From: an uncultured Phycisphaerales bacterium
GTDB taxonomy: Bacteria; Planctomycetota; Phycisphaerae; Tepidisphaerales; Tepidisphaeraceae
Reading direction: 5' to 3'
DNA: 64,000 bases
NCBI GenBank assembly: GCA_963771925.1
Contig: CAVYVE010000003.1
Location: 30,053-94,052 of the forward strand
How positions within the stretch are numbered: position 1 is the stretch's first letter; each line of letters opens with the position of its first letter. Made by a program: the position numbers and the translations under genes. Below are positions 32,183 to 43,589 of the stretch, piece by piece. The notes beneath the pieces are model-generated. The model searched no databases, was not told the DNA's origin, and was given only the letters and a program-made list of their open reading frames with translations.

Positions 32183-33244
32183 AGACCGTGCTGAATCGCA
32201 CGTGGCTCGCAAACCCGGATTGCTCTGCCACGCTGGGAATGTCCAGGCTGGTCTCGCGAAGAAGTTTGGCGGCGCGATCGAGATGAACCCGGCGTATTTC
32301 CTCCAGCAGGCTGCGCCTCATGACGTGGCGAAACCGGCGCTCCAGATTGCGCCGGCTCATCGCCACCTCATTCAAAACGTCCTCGACGCTGATGGGTTCC
32401 GACGCATGCTGGCGGATGAACTTGGCGGCCTCGGCGATGATTTCGTCTTCGATGCTGAGCACGTCCGTCGAGTGGCGGGTAATGACCCCGTGGGGAGCGA
32501 TTTCGATGGGCTGCGCGGGGGCGTTTCTCCTTTCATCAGGCTGTCGAGCAGTCTTGGCCGCTTCGAAACCGATTTGTTCGGCGCCCAGATCGATGCTGGA
32601 AAGCGTGGGCCGGGCCATTTCGTTCAGCAGGACGTCGTTGTCCACGCCGAGGACCGCGATTTCCTCGGGGACGGAAATCCCATTTTGGCGGCAAATATCG
32701 ATGGCGTGCCAGGCGTATCGGTCGTTGGCGGCAAGGATCGCGCAGGGCGCGGCAGGGATTTGATCCATTCCTCGGGCACTTCATCGGCGGCGGCGGCGTC
32801 GCTGAAGAAAACGCCTTCCCGCCGGCACTCGGCCGCAAACGCATCGCGCCGCAGCAGCGACCAGGACGCGGTTGGATGCCCGCAGAATCCGTAGGAACGA
32901 AACAGACGATCCCAGAAATAGACGAACGCCATTTTCCCAACCGCGCGATCGTCGGGCAAAACGGTGGGCACGTGCGCCTGGCGAAGTTGCCGGGCCGAAA
33001 TGGTGCGCGCGGCATTGACCATCGGCATCCGGACACGCTGGAAACGGTCGAAGCTGCGCGCGGCGTGAATCATGGCGATCACCCCATCGACGCTGCGCAG
33101 GTCCAGCTTCCGCGAGGACAGCATGTACATGGGCGGCATTTCGAATTCCCAGTCCGCCCGAAGATTGGCGTAGGCCATGACCCCGCGCAGCACTCCGCGG
33201 CCGTAACCGCCTGCAAAGTCAACCTGGATTCCGATTCGGTGCAT
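32117..33244 (-). pseudogene. XylR-like regulator (periplasmic-binding-protein-like sensor domain plus AraC-type HTH), frame-broken
   Basis: The sensor part has VDGVIAM, AILAANDRYAWHAIDICRQNGISVPEEIAVLGVDND. The AraC HTH has ISVEDVLNEVAMSRRNLERRFRHV...SVAEQSGFASHVRFSTVFKERLGVTPT. The expected YRRSHRVGMT-stop tail is in another frame, giving a stop at 32117-32119. Confidence 0.75.
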
Positions 33245-33425
33245 CCGCTGGGCCTCTCTGCCGCAAAACGTTTAATATTTTACGCAAAATAACCTTGGAA
33301 GCGGCCTGATGCAAATTAAAATTACAACGGCCTTGGGGCGGCGGAGCGACATGTCGGGCACGGCGATCCTTTAGAAAGATCGCGGCCTCGCTTTAGCGCC
33401 TCTCTGACAAAAGGACATCTATCTC

Positions 33426-34381
33426 ATGTCACGGACATCGGGAAGTCAACTTGGTACCCGTCAACGCCCCGCCGGGGCATTCACTCTGGTGGAGTTGTTG
33501 GTCGTGATCGGCATCATCGCCATTCTGGTGGCGATTCTGCTGCCGGCGCTGAACCGGGCGCGCCAGCAGGCCAACCTCCTGACCTGCCAAACTCATCTCC
33601 GTCAGATTGGGCAGGCGATCGTGCTTTACACGGGAGACTATAAGGGAGTATTGCCGTATGGCTACTGGGCCGGCGGCCCCATCTACAATGCTGCTACCGC
33701 CGGCGACTGGTCCACTTTGCTTACCTTTGAGCTCTCGAGCCGCCTCGGCAACACCTACGGCCAGCAAGGCACCACCGGCGGATACCAGTCATTCAACCGC
33801 GGGATATTCCTGGATGTAGATACGATCCAGGGCGATGGCGGATTGCATTATTCCTGTAATCCCAGGCTCATGCCGAATCTCGGTACGGTGTTAAACGATG
33901 GAACGCCCTACCACGGGTGTGTACCGTATAAAATTGCCCACATTCAACGTTCATCGGAGATCGTGCTGATCATGGACGGAGTACAGATCAGGGTAAATGG
34001 CACCGCCAGCAACGGCTCGGCTGACGACAATTATTGGGGCGCCTTTCAACCGCGTACGCCATCGATGATTGGAAATTCCTGGGCTTGGGACATGAATTTG
34101 TGGCGGACTATTTGCTGTTCAACGACGCGACAGATAACGGCAGCTCGATCGATCCGGGCCCGAACACAGATGACGGCTCGCCGGGTGGAGAGTCAGGGCC
34201 AGAATTGCCCGATGGCGAAATCCGCTGGCGTCACATGAACAACAGGGCCGCCAATTTCCTCTATGTCGACGGCCATGTGGAATCGCACTTCATCAAGCCC
34301 AATCCCGGCGGGGCAAACTTGACGCCGCCACAGTACTACACCACCGACCTGCAGGGCAGGAACATCAACGTGAACCCCTGA
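33426..34381 (+). CDS. prepilin-type N-terminal cleavage/methylation domain protein, DUF1559 / H-X9-DG family, one frameshift
   Basis: The N-terminus is [26 protein letters not shown] and the C-terminus is [19 protein letters not shown] (H-X9-DG). The fragments 33426-34238 and 34034-34381 join near 34040-34060. Confidence 0.85.
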
Positions 34382-34938
34382 ACGAGTTCCAGCAAAAGAA
34401 CATATCGGACGCGATGCGGACCGGCTAACTCCGCCGTGGCGCTGCCGCCATGCTCGGTTTACAAAGCGCGGTTTGGGGTACAAGTGCCCGCCATTCGCTT
34501 GTTGAGCAAAAGCGCGTGAAACTGATACGACCGAATAACGACATCTACTTCCGTTTTCGCGCCGGGTTCAAAGGCTTGCTAAAAGAACGCGCACCATTTT
34601 GCGCAGGGCACTCGTTCTTGAAAGGCCGGACGAGTCGAAATCAACTGGCTCAAGCAAGCCTTTCGCGGAAGATAGGCTCATCGTCCACCATGCAAACCGC
34701 CGCCAAAAAATGCGGCTCTGCTCGCGTCTGCTTCAAGTCACCGGTTAAACCTGTAAACTTCTCGGTCTTTCCAGGTTTGCGTCTTGGGCACGGCAAAGTA
34801 CGACCGGATGCCGCAAAACGTGAAATGTTTTGCGCCAAATTAACTTGCGGGATGCTGCCAGTAAGGTACTGTATCGACAGTGATGTCCGGCGCGGATCCG
34901 GCATCGTGAGCAATCATTTCAACCTGTCCGGAGGAAAG

Positions 34939-35664
34939 ATGCGAGTTCGATTTCTAGCTTGTAGCACGTTCTTCACCGCGGCCGCAGCGGCGCTGCTTGG
35001 CGTGACGGCGCATTCGCAGGCGGCCCTGGTCACCGTCAGTGCGGCGACGATGACCGACGCATACATGTCGTGGACCCCTTTGCCCGGAAATACCGTCGGA
35101 GGCGCTTCCGCCAGCGGTTGGAGCGTTGGCGCTCTTGACGCCAGCTTTAACGGCGCAGGCGACACCGTGACCGTGAGCCCCAACACGAATATCGCAGACA
35201 GCGTCCCCACCAGTACTTACTGGTTTATCGGCGGCGATGTTAACGATCCGGGTCAACTCATGGACGCCAGCTTGTACTGCGAGGTTGACAGCATCACGGA
35301 TCTGAACTGGACGTTCAACTACAACGTGCTTTCAAACACGTTTCAGTTTCCGCCGATGACGTCTTCCGTTGCGTTCATCAAGGCGTTCGCGCCAGGTTAC
35401 AGCTATATCGGCGAGGTCACGGCGCCGCTGACCGTGGGCATGGGCAGTCTGGCGCTGAATCCGTCGGTGGCGGGTTTCGGTGGTCTTGCTGCCGGCGACA
35501 TCATTCAGTACGGTTTTGAAACCGTGGGCCCGGATCTAACCGACAGCGCCGCCGCGGCGGCAGGCGATGCGGTGATCACCGCAGTTGCGGTTCCCGAGCC
35601 AACCACCGTCGCGCTGGCTGCGGGCGCGTTGGTGCTGCTGGCTCGCCGTCGTCGCTACGCTTGA
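34939..35664 (+). CDS. PEP-CTERM sorting-domain protein
   Basis: ATG 34939 follows GGAGGAAAG. The product has a signal peptide and the C-terminal anchor VPEPTTVALAAGALVLLARRRRYA. Confidence 0.8.
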   Translation: MRVRFLACSTFFTAAAAALLGVTAHSQAALVTVSAATMTDAYMSWTPLPGNTVGGASASGWSVGALDASFNGAGDTVTVSPNTNIADSVPTSTYWFIGGDVNDPGQLMDASLYCEVDSITDLNWTFNYNVLSNTFQFPPMTSSVAFIKAFAPGYSYIGEVTAPLTVGMGSLALNPSVAGFGGLAAGDIIQYGFETVGPDLTDSAAAAAGDAVITAVAVPEPTTVALAAGALVLLARRRRYA

Positions 35665-35899
35665 TTGATCGCCAGCTCGCGGCGTTCAGGCAACCAGCCT
35701 TCGCGGCGTCCCGAGCTTCCGATGGCGCAAAGGCTGGTCTCTATTCCGAGGCCAGTATGGACCGCCGACGCCGGGCTTGAATAGACGACCCTCCGCATGA
35801 TTGGGAAACTCCGGTCCAGTTTGAGTCGTATGGCTCAAACTGGACCGATGCGTTTGTTGCAACGATACGATCTACCGAAAACATATTGAGGTGCCTTTC

Positions 35900-37730
35900 A
35901 TGGCCACATTTCAGCGTGCTGCGATTCTGACGGCAGTCTTTTTTTTTGCTGGAATTGCGCCTTGCATCTCGGCGTCTGCCGACGCGACTGGCCCGGTGAG
36001 GGTGGAACTGCGTAAGACCGAAACCGGCTGGACGCTGATTCGACACGGCCAGCCTTATTTCATTCAAGGCGCCGGTGGCGACGCCTCCCGAAAAATGCTC
36101 AAGAGCTGCGGCGGCAATTCCTTCCGCACCTGGGGGGCCGATGACATCGGCGATCAACTCGACCAAGCTCACCGCCTCGGCCTGACCGTCACCGTCGGTA
36201 TCTGGCTGGAGCATTCGGGCGGCCCGAATCATTTCGATTACCACAATCCGCGGCAGGTCGCCGAACAGCTCGAAAAGGTGCGGCAGGCCGTTTTGAGGTA
36301 CAAGGATTATCCCGCGGTTCTTGTATGGGGCATCGGCAATGAAATGGAGGGATACAAGGACGGAGGCGATCCGGCAGTTTGGAAGGCCGTCGAGCGAGCC
36401 GCGGCTTTGGTGCACAAGCTCGACCCCAATCACCCGACGATGACGGCGATCGCTGAGATCGGCGGCAAACGCGTTGCGTCCATCGACGAATATTGCCCGG
36501 ACATCGACATCGTCGGCATCAATACTTACGCGGGCGGCCCATCGGTGGCGCAGCGGTATCGCCAGCTCGGCGGATTTAAGCCGTTTATCTTGACCGAGTT
36601 TGGTCCTGGCGGCACCTGGGAAGTCGGCAGCAATGCCTGGGGAGCCCCGATCGAACTCACCAGCACCGCCAAGGCCCTGGAGTATCGGCAAACGTATCTT
36701 CGCTCGATTCTCCCCGAACGGGGAAAACTGTGTCTCGGATCGTACGCGTTTTTGTGGGGAAACAAGCAGGAAGCCACCGCGACATGGTTCGGAATGTTCC
36801 TCCCGGATGGGACACGATTGGCGGCAGTTGACATGATGGCGCAACTCTGGACAGGCCGGCCGCCGGCGCATCCTTGTCCGACCGTTGATCCCATAACGCT
36901 GGATCGCGCCGATGTCGAAGGCGGCGCGACCATTCACGCCACGCTGGACGCCAGCGACGCCGATGATTATCCCCTGACGGCCAAATGGGTGCTGACGGTC
37001 GATCCCGCGGTGTATCAAACCGCCGGCGCATCAGGATGAGGCGCGTGTGATTCCCGGTGCGATCGAATCCGGCGACATTCACGGCGCGGTAATTCACATG
37101 CCCGATCGGACCGGGCCGTATTGGCTTTATGCCTACGTCCATGATGGTCACGGCGGCGGCGCCACGGCGGTGGCATCGCTACATGTCCATCCCACGGCGC
37201 CCGCCCCTTCTCAATCCGGCGCTGCCCGCGCGCGGCTTCCGCTGGTCTTGTACGGCGATGGAGCGGAGAATCCTCCTCCCTTTGCCTGGTCGGGTTGGAT
37301 GGGCGATTTGAAAGCTCTCGCGGTAGACGACAAGTGCTCGACCAATCCGCATTCCGGTACGACGTGCATGAAGTGCCAGTTCAAAGCCGCCAGCGGCTTC
37401 GGTGGAATCGCCTGGCAGAGCCCGGCGAACAATTGGGGCGATCAGCCGGGACTCGATCTGCGCGGCGCACGCAAACTTACCTTCTGGGCGCGCGGGGAAA
37501 ACGGCGGCGAGGTCGTCAGCTTCAAGCTCGGAATCCTCGGCCCCGATGCAAAATTCCCCGATTCCGATCACTCCGAATTGCCCGATGTGACCCTCAGCAC
37601 CGATTGGAAACAATACAGCATAGACCTGAGCGGCAAAGATCTGAGCCGAATCGCCACGGGCTTCGTCTGGGTGGTCTCGGCCTCGGGAAAACCGGTCACC
37701 TTTTATCTGGATGATGTACAATACCAATGA
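35900..37730 (+). CDS. secreted clan GH-A (GH2/GH5-like TIM barrel) glycoside hydrolase with a C-terminal carbohydrate-binding-like domain, one frameshift near 37025
   Basis: The product has a signal peptide, then YFIQGAGG, YPAVLVWGIGNEMEG (acid/base-type NE), LDPNHP, IDIVGINTY, FILTEFGPGG (nucleophile-type E) and ATATWFG. The 37047-37730 frame continues the protein (beta-rich, DDVQYQ end). Confidence 0.65.
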
Positions 37731-37985
37731 AGGATTCGCCCGTTGAGCCTTGCGGCTTTTCGCTTCTTTGCCGGGCGATTCGTTCATTCGATTTAATCCG
37801 GTCCGAGTAAAACCGCGATGCCCGTGAAATTTGGCGTCAATCGCCGGTTATCCAGGCTCTGCCGCGAAACATTAAACTATTTACGCGATATAAGATGGTT
37901 GGAGTGCCCACCAGTGTTACACTTGCTCCGATAGCGCGGATTGGATAAGAAGCATCGTTTCATCCCTTCTCGGAGGCGCGGAGTC

Positions 37986-39830
37986 ATGAGGAACCATCGA
38001 AACAGTCGAGGATCAGCGGCCCTGGCGGCGTGCACGGCGGGAATCTTTTCGGCGGCGATCGCATCGTACGCCTGTGCGCAGACCAATCTTGTGATCGACT
38101 ACAATTTCGCCGCCGGCGTTGATGGATCTCCCGACGCCTCCACCGGCGACGTGCCCATGACCAACTCCCTCAACCCCGACGCTGGGCCGTGGATGGGCTG
38201 GAACAACTGGGTATATCCATACGCAGGATATTATTGCAGCACAGTCGATACCGGTCTCCCCTCGACATCCAGCGGCAATGGTGGAAGTGACCAGTACGGC
38301 AAGACCTTTGGCGGCAACAATGGCAACCCTGGGACCAGCAACGGCGGCATCTACCAGTACGTCGGCGCCACCGCGGGCGATACCTACACCGCCTCCGGGT
38401 TTTTTGACAACTCGGCCATAGCTAACGACGGCGAGGACGAACTGAACAGTGGCCAAACCGACTCCGTTGAAATGCTTTTCTATTCGGGAGCCGACGGCAC
38501 AGGGACCACCTTGGCCACCAACGTCTCCGCCAGGGAATGTTAACCAGAACTCGCCGACAGATATCTGGACGCAGGAAAGCGTCACCGGAGTCGCCCCCAT
38601 TGGAACAGAATCGGTCGAGTGGTTGGCGTTTTTCTACAATCCGAACTCCGCAGGCGGCGCCTCTATGTTGACGATGCCAGCCTCGTCCAGGTCAACTTGA
38701 CACCAACTTGGACCGGCGGCGGCGCGGACGATAACTGGACGACTCCCGGAAACTGGGGCGGAACCGCGCCGGTTGCCACCAATGCTTTGGTCTTCGACGG
38801 TAACACTCAAACCACCAACAACAATAACTTCGCCGCCAATACCGCGTTCGACGGAATTACCTTCAATCCCACGGCCGGCGCGTTTGTGCTGGGTGGAAAT
38901 TCGATCGCCCTTGCCGGAGACATCGTCAACAATAGTTCGAGCGCGCAGACCGTCAATCTCGCCCTGGCGCTGCCAGCAAAACACAAACGTCAACGCGGCC
39001 GCGGGCAACATCACCATCGGCGGCGCGATCAGCGGGGGATTCTCGCTGACCGCGAACGGCGCCCATGTCGTTACGCTGACCGGGTCCAATTCCTATTCCG
39101 GCGGAACCAACGTCAGCGCCGGCACGCTCGTCATCGGCGCGGCCGGGCGCTTCCGGCCAACAGCGCGGTCTCCATCACCGGCGGCACCTTGAAACTGGCC
39201 CTCAACACCGGCGGCGAAACGCTGTCGTCGTTGTCCATCTCCTCCGGCAGTGCCTTGGATATCGGCAATAACCATATTATCATCAGCGATCCAGGCGGCA
39301 GCATTGACGCCGCGATCCGCGGCTATCTGGCCGACGGTTACAACGGCGGAGCATGGAACGGCACCAGCGGCGGCGGCATCGTCACCTCCGCCCCGACCTC
39401 GATCGGCGCCGGCACATATAGCATTGGTTATGCGGACGGCGCCAATGGTGTCGTCGCCGGCCTGTCTTCCGGCGAACTCGAAGTCGCATACACCCTGGCC
39501 GGCGATGCAAATCTTGACGGCAAGGTTGACAGTGCCGACTTTGGCATTCTGGCCGACAACTACGGCGCTTCGGGCGCGGTTTGGGATGAGGGCGATTTCA
39601 ATTACGACGGCAAGGTAGACAGCGCGGACTTCGGAATCCTGGCGGTCAACTACGGCCAATCGGCCGGCAGCAACGCCGACGTGGTGACGGCGGCCGACTG
39701 GTCGGCCTTGGACGCCTTCGAGTCGGCCAACGACATAACGCTGTCCGCGGTTCCGGAGCCGGCCTCCGCGGGGTTGCTCGTATTGGCCTGTTTGGGATCG
39801 CTTGCTCGACGGCGAAAGCGGGCGGTATAA
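37986..39830 (+). pseudogene. PEP-CTERM protein with an N-terminal lectin/CBM-like region, autotransporter-associated beta-strand repeats and a dockerin-like module, 4 frame changes
   Basis: The product has a signal peptide (AALAACTAGIFSAAIASYACAQ), WTGGGADDNWTTPGNWGG, the LTGSNSYSGGTNVSAGTLVIG repeat type, GDANLDGKVDSADFGILADNYG twice, and the anchor VPEPASAGLLVLACLGSLARRRKRAV. The reading path alternates between two frames near 38530, 38660, 38965 and 39140. Confidence 0.75.
39488..39655 (+). repeat. dockerin-like double EF-hand module (copy A)
   Basis: It encodes YTLAGDANLDGKVDSADFGILADNYGASGAVWDEGDFNYDGKVDSADFGILAVNYG. It is about 90 percent identical at nucleotide level to 42076-42243, based on 16 mismatches in about 156 nt aligned by hand. 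Confidence 0.75.
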
Positions 39831-39839
39831 TCCGATTGG

Positions 39840-42540
39840 ATGAGAAGGGCGCGGAGTTTTTGTGTTGTTAGATATTTGTGCTGCGAGCCTTCACGCGTGA
39901 GTGCGGCCATTCCATTCCGGCGCATCTCCGGCGCTCGGCGACGTCCGCGCCGATCGGTTTCCCGTGACGCACAGTCCATCTCTCGCGCCTGCTGTACCCT
40001 TGAATCTTTGGAGGGCCGCGTCCTTTTGTCATCCGCACCGGCCGCGCCGGCGGGCGTCTTGGCGACGAATGGAACGACGCCGACAGATATCCAAGTTAGC
40101 TGGAACACCACGGCGGAGGCAACGTCGTATCAGGTATGGCGAAGCACCACGGACACCACATCTTCCGCGACCGATATCGCTCCCAACGTCACCGGCACGT
40201 CCTTTGACGACACCTCGGTCACCGTCGGCACAACTTATTTTTATTGGGTGGTGGCGTCCAACACGTCGGGGAACAGTTCCTACAGTGCGATCGCCAGCGC
40301 TACCGGCGGGACTTTGGTGTGGGACGACACGTTCGGCGCCACTGGAATCAGTTCCGCATGGGGCCCTGACAACCCGACCGATCCAAACAACCAGAACGTC
40401 ATCTACACCAACACGTCGGCCGCGAATTCCACCGCCGACAATCCAACGACCCTGCAAGTTGTCAGTGATTCCCAGGCCACCGACGGGCAAGCTCTGGCGA
40501 TGTCGCTGACGCCTTCACCCACGAACAATGGGGAATACGATTCCGCGGAAATCTGCACGGAAGTCGATCCATCCGGCATCGCCAACAATATGGAATACGG
40601 CGAGATCCAGGCCCGCATCAAAATACCCGGCGGAAACAACAGCGGGGCGATCTGGCCCGCGTTTTGGCTGCTCGGCGATGACATCAGCACGGTCGGCTGG
40701 CCCAAAAGCGGTGAGATCAACGTCATGGAAAATGACGGCGCCAACCCGAGCACCATTGATTCGACCATTCACGGGCCGATGGCCGACGGCCAGGATTACA
40801 ACTACGGATCGGGCGTGGGGGCTTCCTACACGTTGTCCGGAGGCCAGGACTTTTATTCCGGCTATCATATTTTTTCCGTGAATTGGGGACCGAATTCCAT
40901 CACATTCTCGGTTGACGGCCAGGCTTTCGAGACGCTGACCCCCGCAAGCATTCCCTCGGGAAGCAGTTGGGTATTTAACGGCAAGCCCTTTTTCATTATC
41001 CTGGACGTCTGCGAAGGCGGCGACTTCGCCCCCGGCACTATCACCAGCACGCAGACGATGGATGTGGATTATGTGGCGCGCCTACAGCCTGCCGCCGCCG
41101 ACGGGCCTCGTGGCCGCGATTGCGACCAACAGCAGTCCCGCCAATGTCAGTTGGAGCGCGGTCGACGGGGCCACGTCGTATGAAGTTTGGCGAAACACCA
41201 CCTCGAGCGTTTTGTCGGCCAAGGAACTTGCCGGCGACGTGACGAGCACGTCGTACTCCGATTCTTCGGCGGCTTCCGGAACCAATTACTATTACTGGAT
41301 CGTTTCAGCCAATGCCGCGCAAACGAGCGGTTATAGCGCGTCGGAGGTCACGAGGCTCACGCCCTCCGTAACCATCTCCTCTGCACCGGCAAATATCACA
41401 TACGACGGGACCAGCGACGTAACCAGTTGGGCATCGACCGGCGTAACCGGCGTGACTGGCTCGCCCGCCCCAACCGGATCGGCCAGCCTGGTCTATTACA
41501 ACGGCACGACCGACACCGGGACGCCGCTGAGTTCTCCGCCGATCGGCCTCGGCACTTACACCGTCGTGGGGACTTATGCGGGGGACGGCAATTATGTTCC
41601 GGCCCAGAGTTCGCCGGTAACGTTCACCATCAATAATCCAACCGGGCTTTCGACCGGTAACGGCGCCCAATATACGATCACCTGGAACGGGGAAACGCCG
41701 ACGTTGGATGTCTCCGCGGGCATCGTGACACTCAGCGCCGATCTTTCCGTCACGTTTCCCAATTACAATCTCACGGTCGAAAGCGGCGCGAGCGTTTTGC
41801 TGGATGCCGGCCAGCATATCGCGCAGCTCGAGGTGATCGGCAACGGGACTCTCAACGTCGACTCGTATTGGGTGATCGTCAACTACGGAGCAGGCCCCGA
41901 TCCGTTTTCGACCATCGAATCGTATCTGGCGAGCGGCCACAACGGGGGATCATGGACTGGTCCCGGAATCGTCAGCACCGCCGCGGCCACGAGCTACGGC
42001 CATTATGGCGTCGGGGTTGCCGACGGCGCTGATGGCGTCGTCTCGGGCCTCGCCTCCGGCCAGATCGAAGTCCTCTATACGCTCTACGGCGATGCGAATC
42101 TCGACGGCAAGGTCGACAGCGCCGACTTCGGCATTCTGGCCGACAACTACGGCGCTTCCGGCGCCGTTTGGGATCAGGGCGACTTCAATTACGACGGCAA
42201 GGTCGATAGCGCCGACTTCGGATTGCTGGCCCTCAACTACGGCAACAGCGGCAACTCCAATTTGCCCAGTATGCAGTTGTCGACCGTAACGTTGACGCCA
42301 ACAACAACCACCGGGACGGTGGTATCCACAATATCGTCCACGCAATCGATCACACCGGCGGCGTCCACTACCACGCCCCAGACCGTTGCCAACGCCACTC
42401 CAATCGCCGCGAAGCGTCCTCCGTCAAAATTCTCAGCCGCGACAAGTTCTTTCGCTGTTGCGACAATACCCCTTTCTAACGGCATCGCAAAGAGTCCCCA
42501 GCGACATAATACGGACGCCGAATTCCTTTCCAACCAGTAA
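39840..42540 (+). CDS. GH16-family beta-glucanase (laminarinase-like) with Fn3-like modules, a dockerin-like module and a Thr/Ser-rich tail, one frameshift near 41075
   Basis: The GH16 catalytic strand is WPKSGEINVMEN (ExDxxE type), with WPAFWLLG and VDYVRAY-type ends. Two modules of the type SWxxxxxATSYxVWR follow. Fragments 39840-41183 and 41062-42540 join at MDVDYV/RAYSLPPP. Confidence 0.75.
42076..42243 (+). repeat. dockerin-like double EF-hand module (copy B)
   Basis: It encodes YTLYGDANLDGKVDSADFGILADNYGASGAVWDQGDFNYDGKVDSADFGLLALNYG. See copy A. Confidence 0.75.
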
Positions 42541-42594
42541 CGGCGCGGCATCCGTTGAACTGAACTCCACAACAATCCCGGCATAATTGAGCTT

Positions 42595-43505
42595 ATGCAG
42601 TTAACCGCAGCCATCCCGGACCTTCTTCGCTCTCCCACAATCGACCAAGTGGGCGTTGAAGAGCGCGTCGAACGCCTGCAGAAACGCAGCATCAAAAATC
42701 GTCCAAAATTCACGCCTTGAAGCTGGCGCTCTCCATGATCGATCTGTCGACCCTGGAAGGGGCGGATTCCAACGGCAAAGTCAAACAGCTATGCAGCAAG
42801 GCCAGGCATCTGCACGATGCTCTTCCCGATCTTCCGCACGTGGCGGCGGTTTGCATTTATCCGATGCTGGTGCGGTGCGCCAAAGAGCAGTTGCAGGACA
42901 CCGGCATCAAAATCGCCGCCGTGGCCACGGGGTTTCCCAGCGGGCAATATCCCCGAAGCACCAAGCTCGCCGACACGAAATTCGCTGTCGAGGAAGGGGC
43001 GGATGAAATTGACATGGTCATCAGCCGCGGACATTTCCTCGCCGGGGAATACGCGTATGTGTTCGATGAGATCGCCGCGATCAAGGAAGCCTGCGGCCCG
43101 GCCCATCTGAAAGTCATTCTGGAAACCGGCGAACTCGGCACGCTCGATTCGGTTCGCAGAGCCAGCGATCTGGCCATGCACGCCGGCGCGGATTTCATCA
43201 AGACCAGCACCGGCAAAGTCCAGCCCGCCGCCACGCAACCGGTCACGCTGGTGATGCTCGAAGCCATCCGCGATTTCTATCAGGCGACGGGAAAGAAAAT
43301 CGGCATGAAGCCCGCCGGCGGCATCTCGACGGCCAAAGTTTCCCTGCAATACTTGGTGATGCTCCGCGAAACCCTCGGCGAAGATTGGCTCACGCCCGAC
43401 CTGTACCGCATCGGCGCCAGCCGGCTGGCGAACGATATCCTGATGCAACTGATGAAGGAGCGGACCGGCGTGTATCAGTCGGGAGATTATTTCTCCAAGG
43501 ATTGA
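42595..43505 (+). CDS. deoxyribose-phosphate aldolase (long DERA-type), one frameshift near 42695
   Basis: Motifs present: MIDLSTLEG, GADEIDMVI, FIKTSTGK (Schiff-base Lys), MKPAGGI. The N-terminal 35 aa (MQLTAAIPDLL...RSIKN) are in another frame and join at an A-rich tract. Confidence 0.85.
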
Positions 43506-43589
43506 GCGAACGGCCATCGCCTACCGCCGCCACCAGTGTTAAACCAGCGGAATGCCGTCATCTCCGAAGATAACACCTGCCGCCGATTC

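Noticed and set aside
35741-37018. A 425-aa minus-strand ORF lies opposite the GH-A hydrolase gene.
   Set aside because: It is Arg-rich with no recognisable motifs. The plus strand encodes a motif-rich TIM-barrel enzyme with a signal peptide.
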